From: the human T2T-CHM13v2.0 reference genome, Homo sapiens
Direction: 5' to 3' (one strand)
Assembly (NCBI RefSeq): GCF_009914755.1
Contig: NC_060934.1
DNA length: 64,000 nucleotides
This document shows, piece after piece, positions 47,324-61,763 of this stretch. How positions within the stretch are numbered: the first letter of the stretch is position 1; the number at the start of each line of letters is the position of its first letter. The notes beneath the pieces are model-generated. The model searched no databases. It was not told the DNA's origin and saw nothing but the letters and a program-made list of their open reading frames with translations. The position numbers were made by a program, and so were the translations under genes.

Positions 47324-48811
47324 TGAACTCTCATCCTCTTTGAATGTGTCCTGGCCATGTGCAGGACACTTAAGATGTTTTGTGCTCATCCTCTTCAGAC
47401 AAAGCCTGAGGCTTTCTTTATAAAATCTTTAAAGTCAGCCAGAAGCCATGGGCCATCAGGGGCAGATAGCAGAGTGCAGGCTGCCTGGATCTCATCAGAT
47501 TGCTGTGTGGGGCCTATCACCGGCGCCAGACGTTCACTCAACCCGCTTGCTGCACATTTCCACCACCGAGGTTCCTCCTTTCATTTGCCCCAGAGATAGA
47601 CATGTCTGTCTTTAAGAGAATCAGGTTTCTCTACCTGCCTCCTGTGTCAGCACCAGCAGGAGGGGAAATACCCCACCTTCCCTAGTTCTCTGTAGCTTTC
47701 AGCCCATGGCTCCCTGACCCTGGGGATGGGGTACTGTGAGTGAAGCAGTGCGGAGGACCCAGTGCTGAGGGCGGGGAGCTGCCCCTGCAGCCCAGACTCT
47801 GGTGTTCAGGAATCTTCTCTGAGCTCGCTCCAGTCCAGGGTGAAAGGGAGGCTGTTCTGCCTTTATGCTTCCCTTCACTGTTTCTGGAGAAAGACTATGA
47901 TATTTGAAGTCAGGGCAAACAATCTTATTAGCTGCATGGGTGACACAGGATTGCTCTTGCTGAAGGCATTGTTTTTGGCCACATTTTTTAGGGGTAGTAA
48001 AGATGGCAGCCTACCCATCTTCCACGTCGCTCCCTTGCCAGCCTGCCCCCCAAATTCCTCATCTGCCACTTGAGGGGAAGCCCTGGGCTTGAGTGGGTGG
48101 AGAAAGAATGATTTCATGGTGTTTTCTCTATATCTGAGTTCTAGGTCAGATGGCCTCTCCGGACCCCTTGAGACTTAGGGACTTACAGTTTGGGGTGAGG
48201 CCTACAAGCCCCCAAAGGGAAACTGAAGCCCTGGACAACAGGCCCCAGACAAGGATGGAGGCACACTCTTGTCTTCTGGTTCTTCTAGCCCCTTTGTATT
48301 TAATGAGCTGTGGGGATGCAAAGTGGGATGGAGGGTAGGACACGGGCCTGTACCAGAAGACAAGAGGGACTGCCAGCCTTCTGTGGCTCTGGGGTGCGAG
48401 GACTTAGGATCCTCCTAAGCCTGCCATAGGACAGGGCAGACCATTGCCCCTATTCTGGTTCTAGGCCGAGCCCTTGGCCTTCAGGGAGGGGTCATCTTGA
48501 GCTTGGAGGAAACCCAAGGTCTCATTTCCACCTTTGCTTCCGGGGCTGGATGGCCAGCTCATCTCCCCGCAGGCTTCGTGATGACCGGAGCCCCTCTCTC
48601 ACTGGCTGGCCAAGGCCGTGGCTGAAGCCAGATTGTACCAAAATGTAGAAGATCTCCCTTTGGTGAACTTTCTGGTGTGAGCAGAGATATGTGAAGAGTG
48701 TTGCCCCGCAGAAGGGAGGGTTCCTGCCATGGCCCAGGGCACTGTTGCAGGCCAGTCCCAGCCAACACTTTTCTCAGAGTCGGGAGAAGCCCTAGAAAGA
48801 ATTCTTGCTGA

Positions 48812-48989
48812 GGCTGGGTGCGTGGCTCATGCCTGTAATCCTAGCACTTTGGGAGGCTGAGGCAGGTGGATCACTTGAGCCCAAGAGGCAGAGGTTGCAC
48901 TAAGCCGAGATCGTGCCATTGCACTCCAGCCTGGGCAACAGAGCCACTGACATTCTGCCTCTATTGAGACTCCACCTCAAAAAACAAAC
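48812..48989 (+). mobile_element. Monomer-length Alu (arm-to-arm deletion) with a ~20-nt non-Alu insert
   Basis: Left-arm 5' part fused to right-arm 3' part; insert cactgacattctgcctctatt between gagc and gagactcc. Confidence 0.8.
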
Positions 48990-50261
48990 AGGATCTTCCA
49001 ATACTGGAACTGCAGTCCCTCAGGGGAGTGAATGGCCACAGAGAGTGGCGTCTGCCTTCTAGATGGAGTCTGGGCCCTCTGGGTCACCACAGATCTCTCT
49101 TTGCTCCATTTTTCATTTTATTTCTCTGACACTGAGGCTGAATGTCAGTGGTTCTTTATCATGGTATCTGCACTGTTATTTCTGCTTGCAATTTGCTTGT
49201 TTTATTCATTTATACCTACCTGGCCTTTGGGGATTCTTATCATGAGACAAATGTTGTCATGATATCTTACTATCCGGACTAACAGTCCCTAGAGCTGGTA
49301 GGAAGTCCTACGACACAGCTTTTGAGGCCAGGTTTATATACCATCTGCTCTGTGGAGCTTGGCCAGACGCAGTTCCAGGTCCCCAGAGCATGACACCTGT
49401 GTTTTTGTTATGTTCCTTACTTGGCCAGGTCACAGTTTAAACGTCATCTGCTCCTTTCCTTCAAAACACTTGCGTCAGGACAAGAATCACGTTGTCATTG
49501 TCTTTGCTGCAGGCCACTGCTGTGCTGGGCACGTGGCTGTCAGTAAATGTTTGCTCAATCAGATTACACTGAACAATTATTTGACCACCACATATTGCTA
49601 AGCATGACAGAAATAATTCTCTGGAAAATGAAATGAGATTGCTCTTTATTAGTGTTTCCCAGAACTCCCATGTCTAGAATGATCTGGTTTTGGATTTAGC
49701 TCACGGAGCCATTTATTTGGAAGTCCCTGCTGTGTTGGAAGACTCAGCCTGTTTCTGGGTTTGATGGTAGACGTTCGTGCTTTATCCTAAAGAGACAAGA
49801 TCACACTTGCCCGTGAGTGTGTGGCCAGCTGCTGGGATGAGAAGGACCTCCAGGCCCCATGCATTTTGAGTGTAGCAGGCACTCGGTCATCTGATATCTA
49901 CCTGCATGTCTCACTTATGCAGTCCTCTGATTGAGAACAAAGTAACTTTTACTATGTGTGGGCAAGGCTTGGAATCAAGTCTGGTATATCTGATTTCAAG
50001 GAAAAAATACTAAAATCACTAGGAGTTTGAAAAGCAGTCACTCATAAAGAGATTGTCCTGTGGTTCTGAGGACCACACACAGCTTGGATGGATGAGGACC
50101 AGACACAGCTGATGTGGACAATTCCCCTGTAGCCAAGCTGGGTCTGATAATGGTTAGGCCTTTCTGTTCAATGCGGAGGACAGGTTCAAGGCCACTGCTG
50201 CCACCACCAGCAGGGAATCACCCTGGGCACATCAGAACCTGGGGGATGCAGGTGTCCTCTA

Positions 50262-50771
<510 letters not shown>

Positions 50772-51171
50772 TTATCTGAGTAATGGATGGGGTTTGGGGT
50801 AATTTTAACATTTTTCTTTTTGTTTATCTCACGGTTCCCTAATTCTTTCAATGACTGCGTCTTACTTCTGTCGGATGAAATCACACATAAGATTGCAGGT
50901 GCTGAGCTCCCAGGCAGGAGCTGTTTGTATTGGCCCACGTGTGAAGCCCACCACCAGCCAGAGATGGAGGCAAGATGAAGCAGTTGATAGAGAAAGGACT
51001 TTCATTTCTGGAGTGTCTCAGCAGCTTTGTGTGGAGGATAAGCCACGTGGGTCCAGACCGGATCCGGCAGGCGCCGGATATTAGCTGCTGGGGTGTGGGC
51101 CCCGGGGCTTCGTTTTATCTGCTCTCATCAACATTGTGGTGTCTACAGTTATTACTTTTTCTAACATATGA

Positions 51172-51294
<123 letters not shown>

Positions 51295-51465
51295 TAAGAT
51301 GATATGAAAACAACACTCATTCTGTTACAATAATGTAGTTCTTTCAAAAAATTCTAAGTTGTTTCTGCCTTCGCTGTTACAAGTAATTGTTTTGATTTTC
51401 ATTGAAAATTTGGACTAGAAAAAAATCAAATGATCATTTCTTGATGGTGCTTTTTCTTTTGGTAG

Positions 51466-51517
51466 GTGGCTTTGTGCTCTTCTGGGAATGATAATTGTTG
51501 GAGTCAGCATTTTATGT
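51466..51517 (+). CDS. SLC18A2: VMAT2 exon 12
   Basis: tggtag|GTGGCT...TGT|gtgagt; [17 protein letters not shown]; 52 nt. Confidence 0.97.
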
Positions 51518-52130
51518 GTGAGTAAAAGATGGCATTCGACAAGTGGGAACAATCTGTGAATAAAACTTGCGCTTTGGGCAAGAATCACCAAGAAACATTT
51601 TACGTTTGAGTTTGTTGATGTTTTATTACAGCTTTCATTTTATTCTAATTTTTTATCATCTTAAAAATGTTTGGACAAGACTTTCCAAGGAGTGTATTTT
51701 CATTTTATGTCAGAAATTATTTAAAATGTTTTATTTCACAGTTTAACTTTTCCCCTGCATCATCTTAAGCTTGACAGTGTCTTAAACACTTCAGGACAAC
51801 CAACCTGAAACAATAGCAAGATGTTTTTCTAGAATAAAATCTCTTCTACCAATGGCCAATATCCATCCCTCATGAGGCCTACTTGTTCTTGTCAAAACTT
51901 GAGGGTGGACTAGGCTGATCTTTCACATATGCCGGTGACAAGTTTTTCATGGTGGTCATAAAACTCGTTTCAAGCTTTGACTTTTAAAGATTTGGAGGGT
52001 CCGGTTCTTCACAAACCCCACCCTTCTTCCTCCTGTTTTCTTCAGAAGGGAACAGGCATACCACGCTCAGAGAAAACACAAGTTCAAGACTTTACGAGAT
52101 GATTTAGAGTTGGATCTCTTGTTATTTTAG

Positions 52131-52247
<117 letters not shown>

Positions 52248-53288
52248 TAAAACCGCTTTTCCACTAGGAAGGGTTCTTCTTCCTCTGGTAGACTGTAGTT
52301 CCTCAACCTAAATTTCCAGAATCTTAGAAGGAGGCTGCAGGCAGCTTAGCTAAATTACAGCCTGTCGATTCTCCGTGTAAATACACCTGCTTCTATGCAC
52401 TAGTCATTTATTTCCTGAAAACCAGTATTTTTTAAAAGCTGATATTTACAGAAGGAAACTGATGCTCCACTGCTGGGGCTGGGCAAACAAAGGAATCCCT
52501 TGCACAGAGCTCATTTTTGTGGACTCCTCCCTATGAGCAGGTCTTCTCATGAGGCTGGGGGCAAAGGCTTCACATATGTATTTTGAAGAGGTTTTAGTAC
52601 AGACAAAGCAGACTAATGTGTTGATGACCGCCTGTGCTGCAGGAATTCCCATGGGCAAGGAGATGGGCTTTTGTAATGTTAAGAATGATAATATGTTAGG
52701 AAAAATCTGTCACTATTTTGAGTGAATGGTATACTTTTGTCTCTTATTTATAATATACCAATTGATCATGATAAAAATAAGTGCTCAGTCCACCCCTGTA
52801 GAAGCAGGAACGCAACCTTTGAGTGGTACAGTGGCACAGCACGGCTTTCACTGAGGACAGATGGTAGAAGGCTGCTGAGGCTGGGGTAGAACTCAGTATG
52901 GTACTCTAGGTCCTTCTCAGGTGACCGTTTGCCTGTCCTCTGCCTTGCCTCCCCTTGTCCTCCACTGTCTGGTTGGCCCATCTTTTTAGGGAGGGTGCTA
53001 GTCCTCTGGCGGCTCCCCTTGCCATTCTGCAGGTCTGGCAGAGTTGCAGGTTACTAACTGTACGGCCCCCTGGCCTGCATCCTTTTGGTGCTTTCCTGCT
53101 TTGCTGTTTTCTGGTTCACTTGTCCCTCACCACTCAGCACACCTGCATGCCTGACCCACCTCCTGCCAGTCACACCTGGGCCACACGCTTAGACTATGGG
53201 TGTTTCCAAGGTGGAGAATAATAGGGGGGACCAGAACGCCCCAGAACTCCAAGGAGTCTGAGAGATCATCTGGCCCTGCTCAGAAATT

Positions 53289-53920
53289 ATGTGTGTGTAT
53301 GTATGTTTATGTGTGTGTGTGTGTGTATGCATGTGTATCCATGTATGTGTGTGTTGTGTGTATGAGTGTGTATGTGTGTGTTGTGTGTATGTGTGTGAAC
53401 TAAAAGAAGCTAAAACACACATGCACACACATACATACACATACACACTCATACACAAACACACACACTCATACACACATACACACACTGACACACGCAT
53501 ACACACACACATACACACATACACCCCCCACATAAACACATACACATACACAAATATACATACACACATATGCATACATACATACACGTAGATACACATA
53601 CACATACAAACACCCACCCACATACATATGCACACATACACACACACATACATATACACACATACACACACACCTACACACATACACATACACACACACA
53701 CACAAATACAAGTACATACACAAACACATATACACAGACACATACACATGCAAACACATGTACACACATATATACACATACATACACAGATACATATATA
53801 CATATACATAATACACATAAATACACACATGCATACACACATATACATAGACATACACAGATACATATATACATATACATACATACTCATAAATACACAC
53901 ATATACATACAGACATACAC
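53289..53920. repeat. Degenerate (TG)n tract (53289-53397) followed by a (CA/TA)n tract (53415-53920)
   Basis: Seen directly; separated by a short A-rich spacer. Confidence 0.95.
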
Positions 53921-54543
53921 CCCAGCAACAACCACGACCAGCATTAGAATCTCGTCTCTTGAATAGTGGGGAGCAGGTAGCATAAAGATGGTGTGTGTTC
54001 AGAGTTCCTGGCTCAGACTCCCTGGCTCAGTGAGTGTGGTCAAGCCTCGCCTCTCTGAGTATTGGTTTCCTCATCTATAAAATGGGGATGCTCATGATTG
54101 GCTGCTGTGAGCCAGTGTCTGTGAACACACTGGCAGGGACTCAGAGGTTGGTGCCCTCCCCTCCACATGTGTCAGTGGCAGGCACATGAGGAAAGTTTCT
54201 TTCATTGAAATGGTGCTTGCTGCTTCCTAATATGTACAAGTGCTGGGGATATGGGTGAACAAAACCAACAGAAGAGTTGGGCATTTAGCAAAGAATTGAA
54301 GAATGAATGACAATTGAGATGATGCTGTGAGAGAACATCTGTATACGAGGGGAACCTGACCTCCTCTGGGGGTCAGAAAAGGCTTCCTTCATTCTTTCTA
54401 CTCAAAGATTAGTATCACCCCAAGACTTGCAGGTGGTGATGACAGAAGGGGAAGAGCTGGCAGGGTGGTGAGTTTAAGACACACTCCCTGATATTCGGCC
54501 CATTTTGGGTTTACATCCGTTTTCTATACACTGTGTTCCCTGA

Positions 54544-54693
<150 letters not shown>

Positions 54694-54812
54694 TAAGAAC
54701 CTTTTACCTCAATACATAATGGATAACGTCTACTAAAATTGTTTAAATCTTTGCATCTTTCAGTCTACAAGACATTTGGAAGAGCTTTATCTAATTCTCT
54801 GTTTCCTGAAAG

Positions 54813-54946
54813 GTCCTTCTGCTGGTGGTGCTATTGCAAAGGCAATTGGATTTCCATGGCTCATGACAATTATTGGGATAATTGATATTCTTTTTGCCCC
54901 TCTCTGCTTTTTTCTTCGAAGTCCACCTGCCAAAGAAGAAAAAATG
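54813..54946 (+). CDS. SLC18A2: VMAT2 exon 15
   Basis: ctgaaag|GTCCTT...ATG|gtaaga; [44 protein letters not shown]; 134 nt. Confidence 0.97.
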
Positions 54947-56394
54947 GTAAGAAAAATTTAGGATGCAGTGAGCATTTCTTGATAATTTTAGCATGGCCTT
55001 CCTGATAGCTTCCTCATGGTTTCATTCTAAAGCCTTCAAACATAAATGGTGAGAATTCCTTTTTAGTTTGTACCACATAGAGCAGTTACTTCTTTTATTT
55101 TTTTATTACTGTGAAAGTTATTTCTTTCAAGCTTATGTTTATAAACTGGGAGAATGAAATTATTTTTGTACATAGATTAGCATCAGTGTTGCTCTTTTGT
55201 CGACCAAGTATAAACCTGGAATCATTCAATTTGATTTTCTATGGTTCTTGAAAATCTTGGACACAATCTTTCTGCCTCCTGTACTTATGCCCAAGGTTAG
55301 CCATTTGTGGTGCTGTTGCTTTTCTCATAACCCTTACAGCATTCAGTAATAGTTGCTGTCTTGTCTTTACTGTATGTAGGATTTTAGAGATGATTTTACG
55401 ATTTTTATGGAAAAATCATTGTATATGGACTTTGGGGTATATGTGAACACACAGAACGATTTAATTCATAACTTTATGACCAAAATTATAGCCATAGGCA
55501 AGATACAGAGTATAAAGCATCCCTCTTTTGAAAAAGTCCAAATTAATTGATTCAAAATTTGAATTTTGAAATGCATGAGTCATTTTAACCTTTCTAAGGT
55601 ATTTACCTTACCCAGCAAGGAGACGCTCAGTGTTTCTGATCATCTTTCTTATCTGGTGTTGCCAGTTTTTAAAACAGCAAATGCTGATAGGTACTTGTCC
55701 AGGTGAAAGGAGAGTGTCTTGGATTAAGGATGAATGAGGTGAACAAGAGGACATGCATTTTTGTGTTTGAATAGATGTGAGGTTTGTTTGTAATGTTCTC
55801 TTGGAAGTACATCAGAAGGTCTTTCTGACAGTGGAACTGAATGCATCTTAATGCTTTGGCATTTCCTGAACTGCCCTTTGATGCTTTTCCCCAAAAGGAG
55901 ATTTAAAGACAAACCTTAAAATAAGGTTATGTGCAGCCTGTGTTTGTCTTGGGTGTTTTTTACATTCATTAATTCATTCCACATATTTTAAAATATATCA
56001 AGCACTGGGCACTGGCCTTGTGCCCTTTATTTTAAATAGGATTTAACTAGATACTTTTGAGTAATGCATGGCCCGTCTGACTCATGGAAAAGGTATGGAA
56101 GGTGCTGTGGAAATAACTCAGACAGAAGCCATCCCCTTGTCCTTCCCTCCGCTTGCTTAGATGCTTCCCCAGCTCTGAAAACCACATCACCTTCTCAGAC
56201 CTCTCTTAGGAGACATCTGCTTTCCAGCTTGGGTGTGTAAATTTCAGATGCATCTTTGCTTGGCTGACCCTAGCATAATACCTTGCCGAAATGGAGTCAG
56301 AAAATTCTCAGCACAAATGCAAACTGCCATTCTGTTGCCATGATAACAGCTTAAGGCTGAATGGAGGTTACTCAATGTTTTTGACCAAAAAAAG

Positions 56395-56440
56395 TATATA
56401 TGTGTGTATATGTGTTTGTGTGTGTCTGTGTGTGTGTGTA
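56395..56440. repeat. (TG)n microsatellite, intron 15
   Basis: Seen directly. Confidence 0.85.
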
Positions 56441-59400
56441 TAAAATCACCTACAAATGCTCCTGTAGCCCAGGAAACTGTTTGAAGACTCCTGGGAGATA
56501 GTTAGGGCTAGCATGGGCCTGGGAGCCACACTGGCCCCACCATGTAGAGGCTTATGAGTCTTGGTTTCCTCCTCTGTTGCATGGAGAAATGATAACGTCT
56601 ACCTCATAGGATTGTTGTGAGGATTAAATGAAAGAATCCCAACAGAGTGACTGGCCCTGTGGCTCAAAAAGTGTGTTCCTATTTCCAATATCACCCCACT
56701 CTTTCCTGCTTATCTAACTCTCTGGCTTCCCCCGTCAGTCCAGCAATACCTGAATTTTCTCCCTTTTTCCTCCTCTGTGATGTGAGAGTTTCCTTTTGCT
56801 ATACAGACCCCAGAACTCCTGAATGGGCTCCCCTTGCCAAGCCGGCAAACATCAGTGGCTGTTGTGATGTCCGTTTGTGAACGGCAGCCTGATGGCTTAT
56901 CTGTGGCCTTGGGGAAATGAATGAGGTCAGAGGATGAGCAGAGAATGTGCTTGCCCAGCCAACTACCACTGTGTTCCGCAGAAGGACTGGCAGAAGGCAG
57001 GCCTCAGTACCCCTCCTCTTTCCCCATTTAAACGAATACTTCAGTTCATGTTTTAAAAAAATGCTGAAGGAAGTGGAAGAGACGATCCTGAAAGGCCAAA
57101 CAGTAAGAATTATAGGTTTCCAGGAAGCCACTTTCACTGCAAGATGTTACAATCCTTAATAAGCACCTAGCAAGATAAATCATTAAAAACTTGAGAAGGT
57201 GTGCATCTCGCTGCCCATCAATGATGCCCATAATTGAAGGCATCACGTTGGATGCCATTTGACTGGCCTAATGGTGACATTTGAGAGTGGTGGCCAGCAG
57301 TTGCTGCCTACTCATTGTGCAAGCAGAGCAGGAAGCCAGCGGTGGCGGCCGACAGCACCTAATGATAAGGGGGCATGCAGGCAGGACAGCAGTGTGTGAG
57401 GGAGGAGGAAGAATCAATGACCATGCAGTTGAGAAACCCCAGAGCAGACAAGTGCTGGCGTTCAGGATGAGCAGTTGCCAAATGCTGGGGGATGTGAGGG
57501 CCAGAAGGCATACGACCCTTAGCAAATCATTCTTCCATTAGACAGCATCCTGATAACAAGGTGTTTGGACTTAAGCTGTTTTATATTGTAAGATATAATG
57601 CTGTTTTCATGGATCACAAGTGACAGAATCATGAACTAGTTTATAAGCATGTGAGTTTGTCTTCCATTTGGTTTACTGGATTTCTGTTTTTTATAATCAG
57701 CATTATCAGTATAGGTGGAGGAAAAAAACTGTTACTCAAGTCCCTCTGCACATACAGGAAATATCAACATTACCATTTGAGGAAAAGTGTCTTATAAGAC
57801 AGTTACACGGTAGCGCTTCACTCTCAAAATTCCCAGTTGAGAAGAGCTGTGTTGCGGATTTTTTTTTCCAGGTTGAAGAATTATTTTTAAAGACAAGGCA
57901 CGCTTCTTAATTTTACTCTTGAAGTTTCTAATTGTTGCCAAGACAAGAAATTAGGTGGTTTGAGGATTGCAGCTTTCTTTTCCTGGATGGCTCTGATAGT
58001 TGTTCCATAAAGCCCTTCCAGCAATAGCTCTGTTTTCTGGATGCCATGCGTGGGGCAAGGATGGGGTGGCCCGAGGCTGCTGAGATAGACCACATTCTGC
58101 ATATTCTAAGTTGTTTATAGAATTTGTCCCTTTGCAGGTATTTAAATAGTGGGTGCAAAACCATCATTGCTTTTCTAGTTATGTTAAAGAGAATAAAACT
58201 TTCCTACTCAGAAGGCCCAGGACCTATCATCAAAATCTCAAAGACTGGCACTCTTATCTTTTAATGCTTTTATGGGTTCACTACCCCAGCTTTGTATTAC
58301 TTATACTTTTCATTTGGTCCACCATGTTGGTTTGTTTGTACCACTTAGGAGATCCTAACTCATGAAAGGGGCATTTGGAGGGGCTGGGGCTCACCTCTCA
58401 GTAAGAGGGCTTTGCTCTGAATTCAAAAGCCAATCCTCTCCTATTGATTTTCTCTTTGGTTGAGAGTCAAACACACCTTCCTCACCACAGCAGTGTGTGG
58501 AGAGCAGATTTAATTTACCTGCCTGCACTGCGGCCGCCCTACTTGTTCCCCGGGCACCTGACTGACCTGCTTGATGCTGTTCATGCCTTTCTTCATGGCA
58601 CTTTTGAAACATTACATGCCACCTGGCTTATTTGTGTATAACTTTTTTTTAAAAAGTACAATTATTGCACAATAGATCTTTCAAGAGAGGTTGGGAAGCC
58701 AGTGAGCTAGGTTTTAAAGGCTACAGAACATTTAAAGGAGGAAAACTTCACCTGAAACAGGCTGCTAATAAATATGTTTTCGGTGAATTGACAAATGCTG
58801 GTCAGTTAAGTATGCATGATGCCAAATAGTCTGACTGAACTGCTTTTCCTGCAGTGCAGTTTTTTGTTGCGTTCCTATCATGTGCCCAGTCCTAGGTTCT
58901 GGGGTCCTTAAGATGACATATTCCTACATTCAGGTCTAATGTGGATGAGCCAAGAGATGGAAGGCAATTAGGAATAAGGTAGTGATGACCGTTCTTTATA
59001 AGGTGACCTGCCTGCCTGGGAGCCGTGCAAGGATCGAGGCCCCATGCCCTGCATTCCAGTTGGGTGTCCCAACTGGTATCTCACTGTGCCTCCTCAGCAG
59101 ACCTCTGTGGTGGCCAGGCTGGCTTACTTAGTGTCCTGCTTGGTAAATAACTCATGTTTTACTCATTGCCACCTCCCTTGCTGTCCAAACCTTTTCCATC
59201 TTTCAAAGTTTACCTCAACTCCCGCCTCTATAGGATAGCGTTCCCTGGGCACTGAACCAGCAGTGAGCACTCCACCTGGGACCCTGGAGTCCCTGTCCTT
59301 GCCTGTGCAGGGAGGTAACTAAGATGCTGGGATAGGACCTTAAAGGCACTGAGATGCAACACCTAGTAGGTGTCCCGTCAGCTGTTGTCAGCCAGATGAC

Positions 59401-60491
59401 AGTGCTGTAGTCTTAGATAATGCCATGTAACTAGGGCAGTGTTTCTCAAAGTTGACACTGTTGTCACATGAGGACAGGGCCCTCAAATTTCATTTTTTAA
59501 CCTGCTCCATCTCTCCACCCCTACATTTCCTTGCGAATCATTAATCTGGGGGAGATGAGACATTTATTGTTAGGGGGGTTAAACCTTTGTGTTACATGGG
59601 GAGAACGGTCCTGGTGTACAAAGTCTAGTGCCGCCATTATTTTAAAAATTGAGCTCTTTATTGAATACAAGTATCAATTCACTTGGCAAGCAGCATAAAA
59701 AACAGTTAAGTTAGAAGCTGACAGGTTGAGCTGGCAGCCTAACTTAGAGGGTCAAGGAAGTCCTTATCTTCACATGTTACACAGATCACTGGATAATGTC
59801 TTGGGAAATGATAAATGGGTTAAGCACTGAGTCGAGTCTTATCTGGGGACAAGAGCTGGGAGTAATAGCTAACAGACAAGATGGGTTACAATAGGCCAAC
59901 ATCAGATACATTTTAATCTATTTAGATTTGCAAACTGCAAAAAAAATATTGGGGAGTAGTTCACATGGAGAAAAACTCAAGACATACCTGATAATTCATT
60001 TTAGTTGCACATGACGCCCCCTTGCCATCCTCTGTGCTCGTCTAACTACCACGGAGTGCTGCAGGCGGCTCCTGTCTGCCCCATCCTAGCTGTACACCCC
60101 TCGGTCAAATTCTTTAACTGCTCCGTGCCTGTTTTCTCACCTCCCACAGAGGGTTATTGTGATGTATTGCCACTAAAATGCTTAGCATGGTCTTGGCATG
60201 ATAAATGCCAGCTATCAAATATAAGCAAATACTATTGGACAATCTGGTTTGAAAGCAGAGCAGCACGTTTTTGTCACAGTTTTTAAATTTTCAGTAACAA
60301 TAAAGGAGGGCATGAGAGTTTCATGCTCATCAGAAGAGGATTTTTAAAAAATCATATATTTTAGCTAGAGGACAGCCAGGATTGGGGACAGGCGGTCAGG
60401 AAATCACATGTGTGAAAAAATAATAGCTCTAGCATGTTTTGCCTAAGAAGAAATCTAAGGGGCCATGACAATATGGTCTTAAAAGATTGGG

Positions 60492-60778
60492 GGCCAAGCA
60501 TGGTCACTTGCACCTGTAATCCTACCACTTTGGGAGGTTGAGGCAGGAAGATCACTTGAGCCCAGGAGTTTGAGCAACCTGGGCAATGTAGTGAGATGTC
60601 ATCTCTACAAAAAAAAAAAAATTAAAAATTAGCCAGTCTTGATGGCATATGCATGTAGTCACAGCTACTCGGGAGTCTGAGGTGGGAAGATGGCTTGAGC
60701 CTGGGAAGCAGCAGTGAGCTGAGATCGCACCACTGCACTATGGCATGAGTGACATTCTGTCTCAAAACAACAACAAAA
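60492..60778 (+). mobile_element. AluJ (intron 15)
   Basis: Degenerate sense dimer. Confidence 0.85.
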
Positions 60779-60812
60779 GATTGTAAGGGCAGCCTGTGAA
60801 GATATCAGAACT

Positions 60813-61152
<340 letters not shown>

Positions 61153-61658
61153 GATACCAGAACCAGATTCATGAATGCAAACAATGGAAACGGGTTGTAG
61201 TCCAGACTTAGGTACATTTCTCACATGTGAGGGCTTCTCTCATTAAGGAGAGAGCACATCCTTTCAAGGTGTGTTGCTACAATGACGTCTGTAAACAGAA
61301 GTTGGACTGGGTGACCTCCAGGATCCCCATACCCCAATTCCAAGATTCTAAGTATAACAAACCTAACCTGCCTGTCCCTTGCTTCATAGAGTATAAGTTC
61401 CCAGAGTGGACTTATGGCCCCTGACAGGTATAATGAAAATACTGCAGAGACCACTTCTGTCTCCAATTGCCTGGAATTTTTAGAGTGTAGAACTACAGGT
61501 CTTTTAGGTCAGGCGTCTGGCGATTGCTCCAAATGACTGGTTAATAGCAAGTAATACTACATAGTTTTCAAACTAATAATCCTTAAAAACAGTAGGTTAA
61601 AACCATCTTATCTTTATGAAACAAGAAGTTAATATACTTGCACTTTGCTCTCTTTTAG

Positions 61659-61763
<105 letters not shown>

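Noticed and set aside
53189-53983. C/V/M/Y-rich and H/T-rich ORFs up to 264 aa
   Set aside because: Translations of dinucleotide repeats.
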